Shown here piece after piece: positions 46,835 to 57,379 of a stretch of DNA of 64,000 nt. The first letter of the stretch is position 1. Each line of letters starts with the position of its first letter. The translations under genes and the position numbers were made by a program. The stretch is from an uncultured Microthrixaceae bacterium (lineage in GTDB: Bacteria; Actinomycetota; Acidimicrobiia; Acidimicrobiales; VFJN01), in the NCBI GenBank assembly GCA_963715505.1, contig OY970242.1, forward strand, positions 1,439,166 through 1,503,165, written 5' to 3'. The notes under the pieces are model-generated. The model worked only from the letters and a program-made list of their open reading frames with translations, ran no database searches and was not told the origin of the DNA.

Positions 46835-48298
46835 GCGGCCGCGCCACGAGGAGGATCGACAGCCCCACCGGGAGGTCGGCGCCGCGCAGGACGAACCGCT
46901 CGAAGGCCGTCATGCGCTCGAGCGCCCAGCTGACCCACGGGTGCACGAAGCTGGCCTCCTCGGCGCTGCCGCGCAGGAGCCGCCCCACGGGCGTGCGCCG
47001 CACCACCACGGCGACCGGGGTCAGCCAGGCGTGGAAGTGGCTGCAGCGCAGCACCTCGAGGCCGGCCGCCTCGGCGGCCGTGCGCAGCATGGCGCGGTCG
47101 TAGCGGCGGCGGTGGCCGAGGCGCACGTCGTGGTCGGACCAGGCCCACTGGTAGGCGGGCACGGCGACGACCACCAGGCCTTGCGGGCCGGTGGCGCGCG
47201 CCAGCTCGCGCAGGCCTGCGACGTCGTCGTCGAGGTGCTCGACCACGTCGAGGCACACCACCGCGGCCGCGGCGCCCCTGCGCAGCGGCAGGGCCTCGGC
47301 GGCGGCGCGCGCGACGTGCGGCCGCGGGTCGATGCGCACCGTCCAGCGCAGCGCCGCCTCGTCGAGCTCGACGCCGACCGCCGGCCAGCCTGACGCGTGC
47401 AGCTGCTCGAGCAGGCCACCGGTGCCGGACCCGACGTCGAGGACGGTGCCGCGCACGCCGCGGCGGGCGAGCTCCGCGACGACGAGCTCCCGCTTGGCCC
47501 GGAACCACCAGTGCTCGCGCTCCACCCGGCCCATGGCGTCGATGGCCTCGGCGTCCATGCCCTTGAGCAGCCCGGCCCGCTCGGCCGGCGTGCCGGCCCG
47601 CTCCTCGCGCCCGAGGAGACGGCGGATGCGCAGCGCCGACCACGCCATGCTGAGCCCGTCCTGGACGGGACGGACCCGACTGGCGTCGACGTGGGACCAC
47701 TGCACGCCGAGCGGCTCGATCCGCATGCCGGACCGCTGCCGCGGGCGAGCACCTCGACGTCGAAGGCGAAGCGCTCGGTCACGAGGGCGCCGAAGATCCG
47801 ATCGGCCGCGGCCGCCGAGAGCCCCTTGAGGCCGCACTGCGTGTCGCGCTCGCGGGTCAGCCCGAGCGCGCGCAGCAGCAGGTTGAAGGTCCGGCCCGAC
47901 GCCACCCGCAGGGCCGGCTGGTTGCGGTGCAGGAGGCTGTCGGGGTGGGCGCGGGTGCCGTAGACGAGCTCGGCGCCCGCCTCCAGCGCCTCGAAGCAGG
48001 CCGCGATGTCGTCGGTGGAGACGCACAGGTCGGCGTCGACGAACACGCGGGCATCACCGACCGCCTGGAGCATCCCGGCCCGCACCGCGGCGCCCTTGCC
48101 GCGGTTGGCGGGCAGGCGCAGCACCCGGCTGGCCGCCAGGCCCGCAGCGGCCACGGCCTTCTCGGCCACCTCGGGCGTCCCGTCGCCGCTGCCGTCGTCG
48201 ACGAGGACGATCTCCAGGCGCTCGTCGCACAGGCCCGACGCCGCCAGGACCCCGATGGTCGCGTCGATCCGGGTCGACTCGTCGAACATCGGGATCAC
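46785..48298 (-). pseudogene. GT2 glycosyltransferase fused to a class I SAM methyltransferase, one frameshift near 47743; start uncertain
   Basis: The GT2 part is (V)IPMFDESTRI...VLVDDGSGDGT...VDADL...FAFDVEVLA, in the ORF 47021..48661 frame. It continues with no intervening stop in the ORF 46785..48026 frame as SGMRIEPLGVQWSHVDASRVRP...EREHWWF...VLDVGSGTGG.... Candidate starts are GTG 48298, ATG 48289 and GTG 48478/48484. Confidence 0.7.
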
Positions 48299-48509
48299 CA
48301 GCGACCTGGTGGGGCGCCCGCCGTGCTCGCGGTCGAGCGAGGGCGATCGTGTGGGCGTCGTCGTGGCTCCCGGGTCGAGTGCGTCCGGGATCCCGGACGG
48401 CGAGGTCCTAGAGTACGGAGGGCCTGGCCGCCGTCGCAACGACCGTCGGGGCCCCCGTCCCCGAGCCGCCGTGCACACCGACACCTCACCCACCGCCGCC
48501 CACGCACGC

Positions 48510-49644
48510 ATGCGCGAGGACGCCGATCGAGCCGGGATCCGGCGCATCCACGTCTTCGCCTTCCGAGACCGCGACGACCCCGAGGCCGGCGGGTCCGAGG
48601 AGCATGCCCACCAGGTCTGCCGCCACCTGGCGCTCGCCGGGCGCGAGGTCACCCTCCACACCGGTCGGGTGCCCGGCGGCCCGCGCGAGCTGCGGCGCGA
48701 CGGCTACCGGGTGGTCCGGCGGGGTGGCCGCTACGGGGTGTTCGCAGCGTCGGTGCTCGACGAGTGGCGCGGCCGCCTCGGCCCGGCCGACGGCCTCGTC
48801 GAGATCTTCCACGGCGTGCCGTTCTTCGCGCCGCTGTGGTCGCGCCGGCCCCAGGTCGGGATGGTGCACCACGTCCACCTCGGCACCTGGGGCATGCTCC
48901 TCCCGGGCCTTCCGGGCCGGGCCGGGGAAGCCGTCGAGCGCCATCTGGTCCCGCGCGTCTACCGTCGCCGCGCCCTCGTGACCGCTGCGGAGTCCGCACG
49001 TGACGAGATGGTCGAGCGCTACGGGATCGCCCCGGACCGGATCGCCCTCGCGCCCCACGGCATCGACCCGCGCTTCTCGCCCGGCGGCGCCCGCAACCCC
49101 GCGCCGCTCGTCGTCGCCGTCGCCCGCCTCATGCCCCAGAAGGGCGTCGACGACCTGCTCCGAGCGCTGGTCGACGTGCAGCGGCAGGTACCAGGGCTCG
49201 AGGCGGTGATCATCGGCGACGGGCCGCACCGCGCCGCGCTGGAGGCCACCGCCCGCGCCTTGCACCTGGAGGGCGCCGTCACCTTCGCCGGCCGCGTCGA
49301 CGACGCCGCGCTGCTCGACTGGTACCGACGCGCCTGGGTCGTCGCCAGCGCCTCGAAGGCCGAGGGCTTCGGTCTCACGCTCACCGAGGCCGCCGCGTGC
49401 GGCACCCCCGTGGTCGCCACGCGCATCCCCGGCCACGTCGACGCGGTGGACGAGGGCGCCGGCGGCCTGCTGGCCGGCACGACCGCCGAGCTGGGCCAGC
49501 TCCTCACCAAGGTGCTCCTCGACGGGGATCTGCCGCGCCGAGCTGGCTCGCGGCGCCCGCGAGCACGCCGGGCGCTTCCGGTGGGACGAGTCCGCCGAGC
49601 TGCTGCTGCGCGCCCTCGTCGACGAGGCCACCCGGCGGCGATGA
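48510..49644 (+). pseudogene. GT4-family glycosyltransferase, one frameshift near 49533
   Basis: ATG at 48510. EGFGLTLTEAAACGTPVVATRIPG (the EX7E region). After ...VLLDGDL the natural C-terminus RAELARGAREHAGRFRWDESAELLL...RRR* lies in another frame, and its stop overlaps the next ATG (ATGA at 49641-49644). Confidence 0.8.
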
Positions 49645-52600
49645 GCCGCCTCCGGCCGCGCGCCCTCGCCGCCGCGGCCGACCTCGTCGTCCTCGGGAGC
49701 ATCACCCTGCTCCCCCAGCTCCTCGGTGGTCGCGGGCGGCTCAACGCCGACACCAAGCAGTACCTCTACCTCGATCCGGGCTCGCTGCTGGAGCGGTCGC
49801 GGCACGTCTGGGACCGCCAGGTGGGCGGCGGCACGGTCACCCACCAGGCGATCGGCTACCTCTGGCCCACGGGCCCCTACTACTGGGCCACCGACGCGCT
49901 CGGCATCCCCGACTGGGCCGCGCAGCGGCTCTGGGTCGGGGGCATCCAGCTCGTGGCGGCGCTGGGCGCCCTGGCCCTGCTGCGCCACCTCCTCCCCCGC
50001 CACCCGGTCCTGCTGGTCCCCGCCGCGCTCTACGGCCTCTCGCCGGTCGTGCTCGGTCACGTGACCGGCCAGTCCGCGCTGCTCCTGCCCTTCGCCGCGC
50101 TGCCCTGGCTGGTGCTGGTCATGGCCCGGGCCGTCGAGGAGGGCGGGTGGCGCTGGCCCGCCGTGTTCGCGCTGATCGTGGGCTCGTGCGGCTCGCTCAA
50201 CGGCAGCTCGGTGTTCTTCGTGCTCCTCGCGCCGGTCCTGTGGGTGCCGTTCGCGGTGGGCAGCCTCCGCGCCGCGACGCCCCGCGCCGGGATGGCGGCG
50301 CTGGGCAGGGCCGGTGCCCTCACCCTGGCCTGCCAGCTCTGGTGGCTGGGCGCCTACGCGGTCGGCGGCGCCAGCAACCTGCCGATCCTGGCGCTCACCG
50401 AGAACGTCCAGACCACCTCCTACACGGCCTCGGCCGCGGAGATCCTGCGCGGCCTGGGCTACTGGTTCTTCTACGGAGGTGACAGCGAGGGTCCGTGGCT
50501 GTCGAGCATCGCGATCCCCTACGTGCGCTCCCTGCCCCTGGTCGTGGTGACCTTCGCGCTGCCCATCGCCGCGCTCGCCCTCGGCGCCGCCGTCCGCTGG
50601 CCCCCACGCGCCTACTTCGCGCTGCTCGTCGGCGTCGGCACGGTGATCGCCGCCGGCGCGTTCCCCGAGCCGGCGCGCAGCCCGCTCGGCGCGGCGTTCG
50701 AAGCCGCCAGCCGGCGCTCGGACCTCGTCCTCAGCCTCAGGAACACCCAGCGCGCCACGCCGCTCGTCGTGCTCGGCCTCGCCGGCCTCGCCGCCGCCGG
50801 CCTGACGGCGCTGCGCCGGCGGCACCGCGGGGCGGGGGCCGGGGCGGCGCTGGTCCTCGCCGTCCTCGTCGTGGCCGCCCTCCCCGGGCAGTGGCGCAGC
50901 GGGCTGATCGCCGACCGCTTCCACCGCGAGGAGCTCCCCGACGAGTGGCGAGCCGCCATGGCGCACCTCGACGAGGGCTCCGGGCGCATCCTCGAGCTGC
51001 CGGGCATCGACTTCGCGTCCTTCCGGTGGGGCCACACCCTCGATCCCGTGTCGGTCGGCCTCACCGACCGCCCGGTCCTCGCTCGGGAGCTGGTGCCCAT
51101 GGGCGGCCTGCCGGGCGCCTCGTTGCTCGGCGCGCTCGACCGCAGCTTCCAGGAGGGATGGGCCGAGCCCGCGGCGCTGGCGCCGGTCGCCCGTCTTCTG
51201 GGCGCCACCGACGTCCTCGCCCGCAACGACCTCGAGTACGAGCGCTACCGCACGGTCCGCCCGGCGTTGTTCTGGGCGACGGTGTCCGACCCTGCCGCCG
51301 GGCTCGGCACGCCGGCGATGTTCGGCCCGCGCCTGCCCAACCGGGCCGGCCCGGCGCGACCGATGATCGACGAGATCGAGCTGGGCCTCGACGCCGACGC
51401 GCCCGTGCCGCCCGAGGTCGCCGTGCTTCCGGTGCCCGGCGGTGGGCGCGCCGCGCTCTCGACGCTGCCCGTCGAGGGCGCTCTCGTGGTGGACGGCGAC
51501 GGCGAGGGCCTGGTGCACGCCGCCGCGGCCGGGGTGCTCGACGGCGTCGACGGGGCCGTGCTGCTCGCGGCCGACCTCGTGCGTGCCGGTGGCCGCCTCG
51601 ACGAGCTGCTGTCCGACTCGTCACGGCTGCTGCTCACCGACTCGAACCGCAAGCGCGCCTTCCGCTGGTACTCGCTGCGCGAGAACGCCGGCGCCACGGA
51701 GCCCCTCGACCACCGGGCTGCGATCGACGACCCGTCCGACACGCGCACACCCCTCGTGGAGGGCCAGCCACCCGACGCGCAGACCACGGTGGACTGGCGC
51801 GGCGCCGAGCGCGTGTGGGCGTCGCGCTACGGCTCGGGCTTCACCCTCCTCGCCGAGGAGCGCCCCGTGCTGGCCTTCGACGGCGATCGCTCCACCGCAT
51901 GGCGCGTCGAGCACGTTCGCGCTGCCGGGGCCGCACGAGATCGGCATCGAGCTCGACCGGCCCAGCGACGCCGACCACGTCGTCCTCGTGCCGCCCCAGG
52001 GCCGGCCCGGTTCCCGGCCGGTCACCCGGGCGCGGATCACCCTCGACGGCGAGCGCAGCGTCGACGTCTCGCTCACACCGGAACAGGCCCGTCGCCCGGA
52101 GGGGGCTCGGGTGGCGCTCGACGGGCGGCCCTTCGAGACGCTGGAGGTGCGGATCCTGGGGGTCGACCCCGACGACGGCCCGGCCGGGTTCGCGGAGGTG
52201 TCCATCCCGGGCATCACCGTCGAGGAGGTGGTGGTGCTCCCCACCGCGCTCATGGACGCGCTCGGCGAGCGCGCCGACGGGATGCCCACGAGCATCGTGC
52301 TGACCCGCCTCCGGGCCGACCCCGCCGAGCCGGTGCGGGCGGATCCGGAGACGGCCCTGCGTCGGGCCTGGCAGCAGCCCGCCGCGCTCGCGCTCGAGCT
52401 CTCCGGCACGGCGCGCCTCTCGCCCCGCGCCGACGACGCCACCCTCGACGCGCTGCTGGGGATTCCGTCCCGGGCACGCGCCAGCGAACGGCTCCCGGGT
52501 GACCTCGACGCGCGCGGCGCGTCCGCGATCGACGGCGATCGCAGCACCGCATGGACGACGCCGTTCGTGGGGCTCACCGGCCAGGCCCTCGAGGTCGACC

Positions 52601-53934
52601 TCGGCGCCGACGCCGAGGTCGCGGAGCTCACGGTCGGGGTCGTCCACGACGACCGCCACAGCGCACCCACCCAGCTGCTGGTGTCCGCCGACGAGGGCGA
52701 GGCCATCTCCGTCGACGTGCCGGACCTCGGACCGGTCGGGGAGCGTGGCTCGGTGCGGGACGTGACCCTCCGGCTGCCCCGCGCCGTGCAGGGCACGACG
52801 CTGCGCGTCGAGATCGGCGCCGTCGAGCCACGCCACACCACCGACTGGTACTCCGGCGAGCCCATCGCCCTGCCTGTCGCCCTCGCCGAGCTGCGCGTGC
52901 CGGGGAGCCCGGTGGCGGTCCCGATGCCGCCCGAGCGCTTGGACTCCGGCTGCCGCGACGACCTCCTCACCCTCGACGGCGCCCCCCTGGCCGTGCGCAT
53001 CACCGGAACCAGCGACGACGCCCTCGCCCGCCGCGGGCTCGACGTCGCCCCGTGCGGGCCCGGGCCGCTGGCGCTGGCGGCGGGCTCCCACGAGCTGCGG
53101 GCAGCGCCGGGCGCTCGCAGCGGACTCGACCTGGACCGCCTGGTGCTGGCGACGCCCGGCTGGCAGGCCGCTGCAGGCACGGCGGCGGCCCCGACGGTCG
53201 AGGTCAGCGCGTCCGGCCCCGTCTCCCACGAGGGCGTCGTCACCGGACACGACGGGGCGCCCTTCTGGCTCGTGCTCGACCAGAGCGTCAACGAGGGCTG
53301 GGAGCTCGACGTCGACGGCGCGAGCGTCGACGGCCCGAGGCCGATGGGCTCCTACGCGGGCGCCTGGTACGTGCAGCCCGACGGGCCCGACCCCCTGGCC
53401 GTGTCGGCGACCTACGGGCCCCAGCGCGCCATCGACCTGGCGCTGGTGGCGTCGGCCCTCGCGGCTGCTGCCTGCCTCCTGCTCGCGCTCGGGGCCACCC
53501 CCCTGGGGCTCCTCCGCCGCCACCCTCGCCGGTCCGGGCGGCCGCGGGCGACCAGCAGGGCGATCGTGGGCCCGCAGCGCGCGGTGGCGGCCGGCAGCAC
53601 CGGCTACCACGCCGAGCTCGGCGTGGTAGGCAGCGGGCCGTCGTGGTGGGCGGTCGCGGGCCTCGCGGTCGTGGCCGCCCTGGCCGTGCACCCCCTCGCC
53701 GCCGTGGCGGTGGCGGGCGCGGCGGCGCTGGCTCGCCGCTGGCCCGCCCTCGGCCGGGTGGTGCCCGTCGCCCTCGTTGCCGCCGCGGGCGCCGGCGTGG
53801 CGGCCCTGCAGCTGCGCTACGGCCACGAGCTGACCTCGCGCTGGCCGTCGCGCTTCGGCTTCGCCCACCTGGTCTGCCTCGGGGCGGTCGTCCTGCTGGC
53901 GGGACTCGCCGTGGCCGAGCGCGACGACCGGTAG
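49641..53934 (+). pseudogene. AftD-like alpha-(1->3)-arabinofuranosyltransferase-family giant membrane protein (~1430 aa), one frameshift near 51910
   Basis: N-terminus ADTKQYLYLDPGSLLERSRHVWDRQVGGGTVTHQAIGYLWPTGPYYW (DUF3367/AftD signature) and more than 10 TM segments. Two discoidin-like modules (FDGDRSTAW at ~51880, IDGDRSTAW at ~52530). C-terminal TM bundle. The frame switches from ORF 48006..52502 to ORF 51442..53934. Confidence 0.8.
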
Positions 53935-53944
53935 GTTCGTCGCC

Positions 53945-54619
53945 GTGCCCGCCACCGTCGCCCTCGTCCACGGCTTCGCCACGTCCAGCGCTCGCACCTG
54001 GGGCGACAACGGCTGGCTCGACCTGCTCGCCGACCTCGGACGCGCGACGCTGCCGATCGACCTGCTCGGCCACGGCAGCGCCGACAAGCCGCACGACGCC
54101 ACCGCCTACGACGCGATGGAGGCCCTCGTCGCCGAGCAGCTCCCCCCGGAGCCCGTCGACGCGGTGGGCTTCTCGCTCGGCGCCCGCGTCCTGCTCACGC
54201 TCGCCACCGAGCGGCCCGAGCGGTTCGAGCGCCTGGTGCTGACGGGCGTCGGCGCCAACCTGCTCCGCAGCGACCCGAACGACCTCGTGCTCCGAGCGAT
54301 CGAAGGAGAGGGCGACCCGACCAACCCGGTCGTGCAGTACTTCGCCGGCCTCGCCCAGCACCCCGAGGTCGACCGGGCCGCGCTGGCGGCCTGCCTGCGC
54401 TCGCGGCGCCCGGCGCTCACCCCGGAGCGTCTCGCCCGGGTCGATCTGCCGGTGCTCGTCGTGATCGGCGACAAGGACTTCGCCGGACCCGGCGAGCCGC
54501 TCGCCGAAGCCCTGCCGAACGCGCAGCTCGTCACGCTGCGCAACGTCGACCACTTCGCGACGCCGAAGGACTTCGGCTGCATCGACGCCGTGCTCGACTT
54601 CCTCGGGGCGACCCCGTGA
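53945..54619 (+). CDS. alpha/beta-fold hydrolase
   Basis: GTG at 53945. VALVHGF, GFSLGA (GxSxG) and C-terminal NVDHF. Confidence 0.8.
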   Translation: MPATVALVHGFATSSARTWGDNGWLDLLADLGRATLPIDLLGHGSADKPHDATAYDAMEALVAEQLPPEPVDAVGFSLGARVLLTLATERPERFERLVLTGVGANLLRSDPNDLVLRAIEGEGDPTNPVVQYFAGLAQHPEVDRAALAACLRSRRPALTPERLARVDLPVLVVIGDKDFAGPGEPLAEALPNAQLVTLRNVDHFATPKDFGCIDAVLDFLGATP

Positions 54620-55284
54620 GCACCGACTTCGTGCTCGGCGTCGACCTCGACGGCGTGTGCGGCGACTACACCGCCGCCTTTCGGGCCGTGGTGGCCGCCG
54701 ATCGCGGCATCGACCCCGCCACGCTCGACGACGCGCGCTCGTGGGACTTCGGGGAGTGGGGCATCACCGGCCCCGACGACTTCGACCGGCTGCACCGCCT
54801 CGCCGTCCTCGAGCATCGGATGTTCCGCCACATGCCCGCCCTGCCGGGCGTCGCCGAGAGCCTCTGGCGGCTCTCCGACGCCGGGGTGTGGATCCGCATC
54901 ATCACCCACCGGCTCTGCGTCAACTGGGGGCACGCCGTCGCGGTGGGCGACACGGTCGCCTGGCTCGACGAGATGGGCATCCCCTACCGCGACATCTGCT
55001 TCCTGGGCGCCAAGCCCGAGGTCGAGGCGCAGTGCTACGTCGACGACGCGTCGCACAACGTCGTCGCGCTGCGCGCGGCGGGCAACCACGTCATCGTCTA
55101 CGACGCGCCCTACAACCAGGACGTCGAGGGGCCCCGCGCCCGCTCGTGGGCCGAGGTGGAGGCGCTGGTGACCGAGCGCGCCGCCGCCATCGGCACGCCC
55201 CTGCAGGGCCAGCTCCCCGGCCTCGACGCCGGCGCCGACCGCCTCACCCGACGCGTCAGCACCCAGGACCGCTCGATGCCCTAG
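54616..55284 (+). CDS. HAD-superfamily 5'(3')-deoxyribonucleotidase-like (NT5C) phosphatase
   Basis: Its GTG at 54616 overlaps the upstream TGA. HAD motif I is GVDLDGV. 222 aa. Confidence 0.7.
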   Translation: MSTDFVLGVDLDGVCGDYTAAFRAVVAADRGIDPATLDDARSWDFGEWGITGPDDFDRLHRLAVLEHRMFRHMPALPGVAESLWRLSDAGVWIRIITHRLCVNWGHAVAVGDTVAWLDEMGIPYRDICFLGAKPEVEAQCYVDDASHNVVALRAAGNHVIVYDAPYNQDVEGPRARSWAEVEALVTERAAAIGTPLQGQLPGLDAGADRLTRRVSTQDRSMP

Positions 55285-55772
55285 GTGTTCTGGACGGTGA
55301 GGCCGCCGTCGACCGCGATCACGGCGCCGGTGAGGTACGACGACGCCGGCAGCACCAGGCCGAGCGTGATGTGGGCGACCTCCTCGGGGTCGCCGTAGCG
55401 GCGCAGCGGGACGCGCCGTCGGGCGAACCTCACCTTGGCGTCGTCGGCGATCAGGGCCGTCATGCCGGTGTGGATCGGCCCGGGGCAGACGCAGTTCACG
55501 GTGACGCCGCTGGGGCCGAGCTCGACATCGATCGCAGCGTCGAGCGCGGCGGCGTCGGCGACGTCGACGGGGACCGCCACGGCACGGCCGCCGGCGCCGA
55601 CGATCCGCGCGGCGACCGCCCCTGCCCCGTCGCCGTCGCGGTCGAGGACCGCCACCGCGGCGCCCTCGTCGGCGAGCAGGTACGCCGTCGCCGCGCCCAT
55701 GCCGCTGGCGGCGCCGGTCACCACCGCGACCTTGCCCGCGATCGACCGGCTGAGGGTGCTGAGCCGCGCCAT
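55281..55772 (-). CDS. short-chain dehydrogenase remnant with an in-frame internal deletion (163 aa, catalytic core missing)
   Basis: TGAASGMG and VDVAD are followed directly by ELGPSGVTVNCVCPGPIHT...AVDGG. The NNAG, catalytic Ser and YxxxK segments (about 85-90 aa) are absent. The junction lies at ~55523-55526. Confidence 0.7.
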   Translation of the reverse strand: MARLSTLSRSIAGKVAVVTGAASGMGAATAYLLADEGAAVAVLDRDGDGAGAVAARIVGAGGRAVAVPVDVADAAALDAAIDVELGPSGVTVNCVCPGPIHTGMTALIADDAKVRFARRRVPLRRYGDPEEVAHITLGLVLPASSYLTGAVIAVDGGLTVQNT

Positions 55773-55807
55773 GGTGCTGACCGTAGCGACACGGGTAGAA
55801 CCGTGCC

Positions 55808-56065
55808 GTGGACCTCTCCGACCTTGCTGGTGCCGTGGCGCTGGCGAGCGTGGCGTCGGTCCCGCTGGCGCTCACCCTCTGGGCGCTGCTCGACGCCGCC
55901 CGGCGGCCAGGCTGGGCGTGGGCGCTGGCGGGGCGCCGTCAGGTGCTCTGGCTGGCCGGGATCGCCTTCTCGGCGTTCACCGTCGTCGGGGGACTGGCCG
56001 TGTCGGCGTGGTACCTCCTGCGGGTGCGCCACGAGGTGGCCGCCGCCGAGGACGGGCTCGTCTAG
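55808..56065 (+). CDS. small PLDc_N-type membrane protein
   Basis: GTG at 55808. Two TM helices with LWALLDAARRP...W, typical of the cardiolipin-synthase N-terminal domain family. Confidence 0.6.
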   Translation: MDLSDLAGAVALASVASVPLALTLWALLDAARRPGWAWALAGRRQVLWLAGIAFSAFTVVGGLAVSAWYLLRVRHEVAAAEDGLV

Positions 56066-56071
56066 CCCTCG

Positions 56072-56944
56072 TCAGCGGTCGCTGATCGACGCCGGCGGCG
56101 GGCCGTAGCGCCCGCGCGCGTGATCGACGAGCGCCTGCACCCGGGCCCGCGCGTCGAAGTACGGCCCGCGCCGTGCCGGCACCGCCAGGCCGGCGAGTAG
56201 CTGACCGATCGCCAGCAGGCCGCGGATGGTCGCGTGGTAGCGCCCCGAGTGCTCGCGCACCAGCAGCATCGTGTTCCGCAGCTGCAGGTAGTCGATGACC
56301 GGCGTGCGGGTGCCCAGGTCGGGGTTGACGACGACCGCGCCGCGCACGAGCCCCGTCTCCCAGCCACGTCGGGCGGCCCGCAGCGCGAGGTCGGCCTCCT
56401 CGCAGTACGCGAAGTAGCGCTCGTCGAAGAGCCCCACCTCCTCGAGCACCTGGCGGCGGGCCAGCATCAGCGTGCCGTGCGGGTGACCTGCGGGCTGCCA
56501 GCCCTCCGCCACGGTGGCCGCGGCGAGGATGCCACCGAAGTAGGGGTCCACGACCGGGGTCGCGCCGTCGCCGAGATCGGCGCTGGCCAGCCCCGCGCGC
56601 GGGCGGCTGCCCGCCACCTCCAGCATCCACGCGAGGCACCCCGGCGCGGGCTCGGCATCGTGGGGGGCGAGCCCGACCCAGTCGCCGTCGGCGGGGTGCG
56701 GGTTGGCGAGGACGTGTCGGAAGCCGGCGTTGGCACCTGGACCGAAGCCACGGTTGCGGTCCAGCTCCACGAGCTCCACGCTCGGTGGCAGCCCGGCGCG
56801 CACCAGGGCCAGCGCATCGGGCCGCGACCCGTTGTCGACCACCACGACGCGCACGCCGCCCGGCACGTCCTGGGCGAGGAACCTGGCCACGGTGCCCACG
56901 CATCGCTCCGGCCGGTTCCAGTGGAGGATGACGACGGGGAGCAC
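56072..56944 (-). CDS. GT2-family glycosyltransferase (rhamnosyl/galactofuranosyl-transferase-like)
   Basis: GTG at 56942-56944 with GAGGAGGA 7 nt upstream. VVILHWNRPE, VVVVDNGSRPD and FAYCEEADL. Confidence 0.85.
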   Translation of the reverse strand: MLPVVILHWNRPERCVGTVARFLAQDVPGGVRVVVVDNGSRPDALALVRAGLPPSVELVELDRNRGFGPGANAGFRHVLANPHPADGDWVGLAPHDAEPAPGCLAWMLEVAGSRPRAGLASADLGDGATPVVDPYFGGILAAATVAEGWQPAGHPHGTLMLARRQVLEEVGLFDERYFAYCEEADLALRAARRGWETGLVRGAVVVNPDLGTRTPVIDYLQLRNTMLLVREHSGRYHATIRGLLAIGQLLAGLAVPARRGPYFDARARVQALVDHARGRYGPPPASISDR

Positions 56945-56989
56945 CGGCTCATCCTCCTCGCTGGCGGCTCCGACGGCCCAGTCGAAGGC

Positions 56990-57379
56990 TCAGAGCGACT
57001 GCAAGCCGGCGAGGACCCGCTCGAGCAGGGCGCGATCGACCGAGCCGTCGGCCGCCCGTGCGTCCGGCAGGTGCACGTGGAGGGCGCCGGCGGCGGCGAG
57101 GTCGGCGACGAGCACGCGGACGACGCCGACGGGCAGGCGCAGGTGCGCCGACAGCTCCGCCACGCTGCTCGGCGTCTCGCAGTGCCGGGCGATGGCCAGG
57201 CACTCCGGCGAGACCCCGCTGGGAGGTGCCGAGCCGACCGTGACGGCGATCGCCTCGACCGGGAGCAGCTCCCCCGAGGCCGCCCGCGTGCGGCCGCCGA
57301 CGAGGGCGTAGGGCCGGACGCGCGCAGGACCCTCCCCGGCGCCCTCGCCGGCAGCGTCGCGGGGGTCCGGCCCGCTCAC
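56990..57379 (-). CDS. DUF742-family protein (conservon CvnC-like)
   Basis: Its GTG at 57377-57379 overlaps the upstream TGA. VRPYALVGGRTRA...SVAELSAHLRLPVGVVRVLVADL is characteristic. Confidence 0.8.
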   Translation of the reverse strand: MSGPDPRDAAGEGAGEGPARVRPYALVGGRTRAASGELLPVEAIAVTVGSAPPSGVSPECLAIARHCETPSSVAELSAHLRLPVGVVRVLVADLAAAGALHVHLPDARAADGSVDRALLERVLAGLQSL

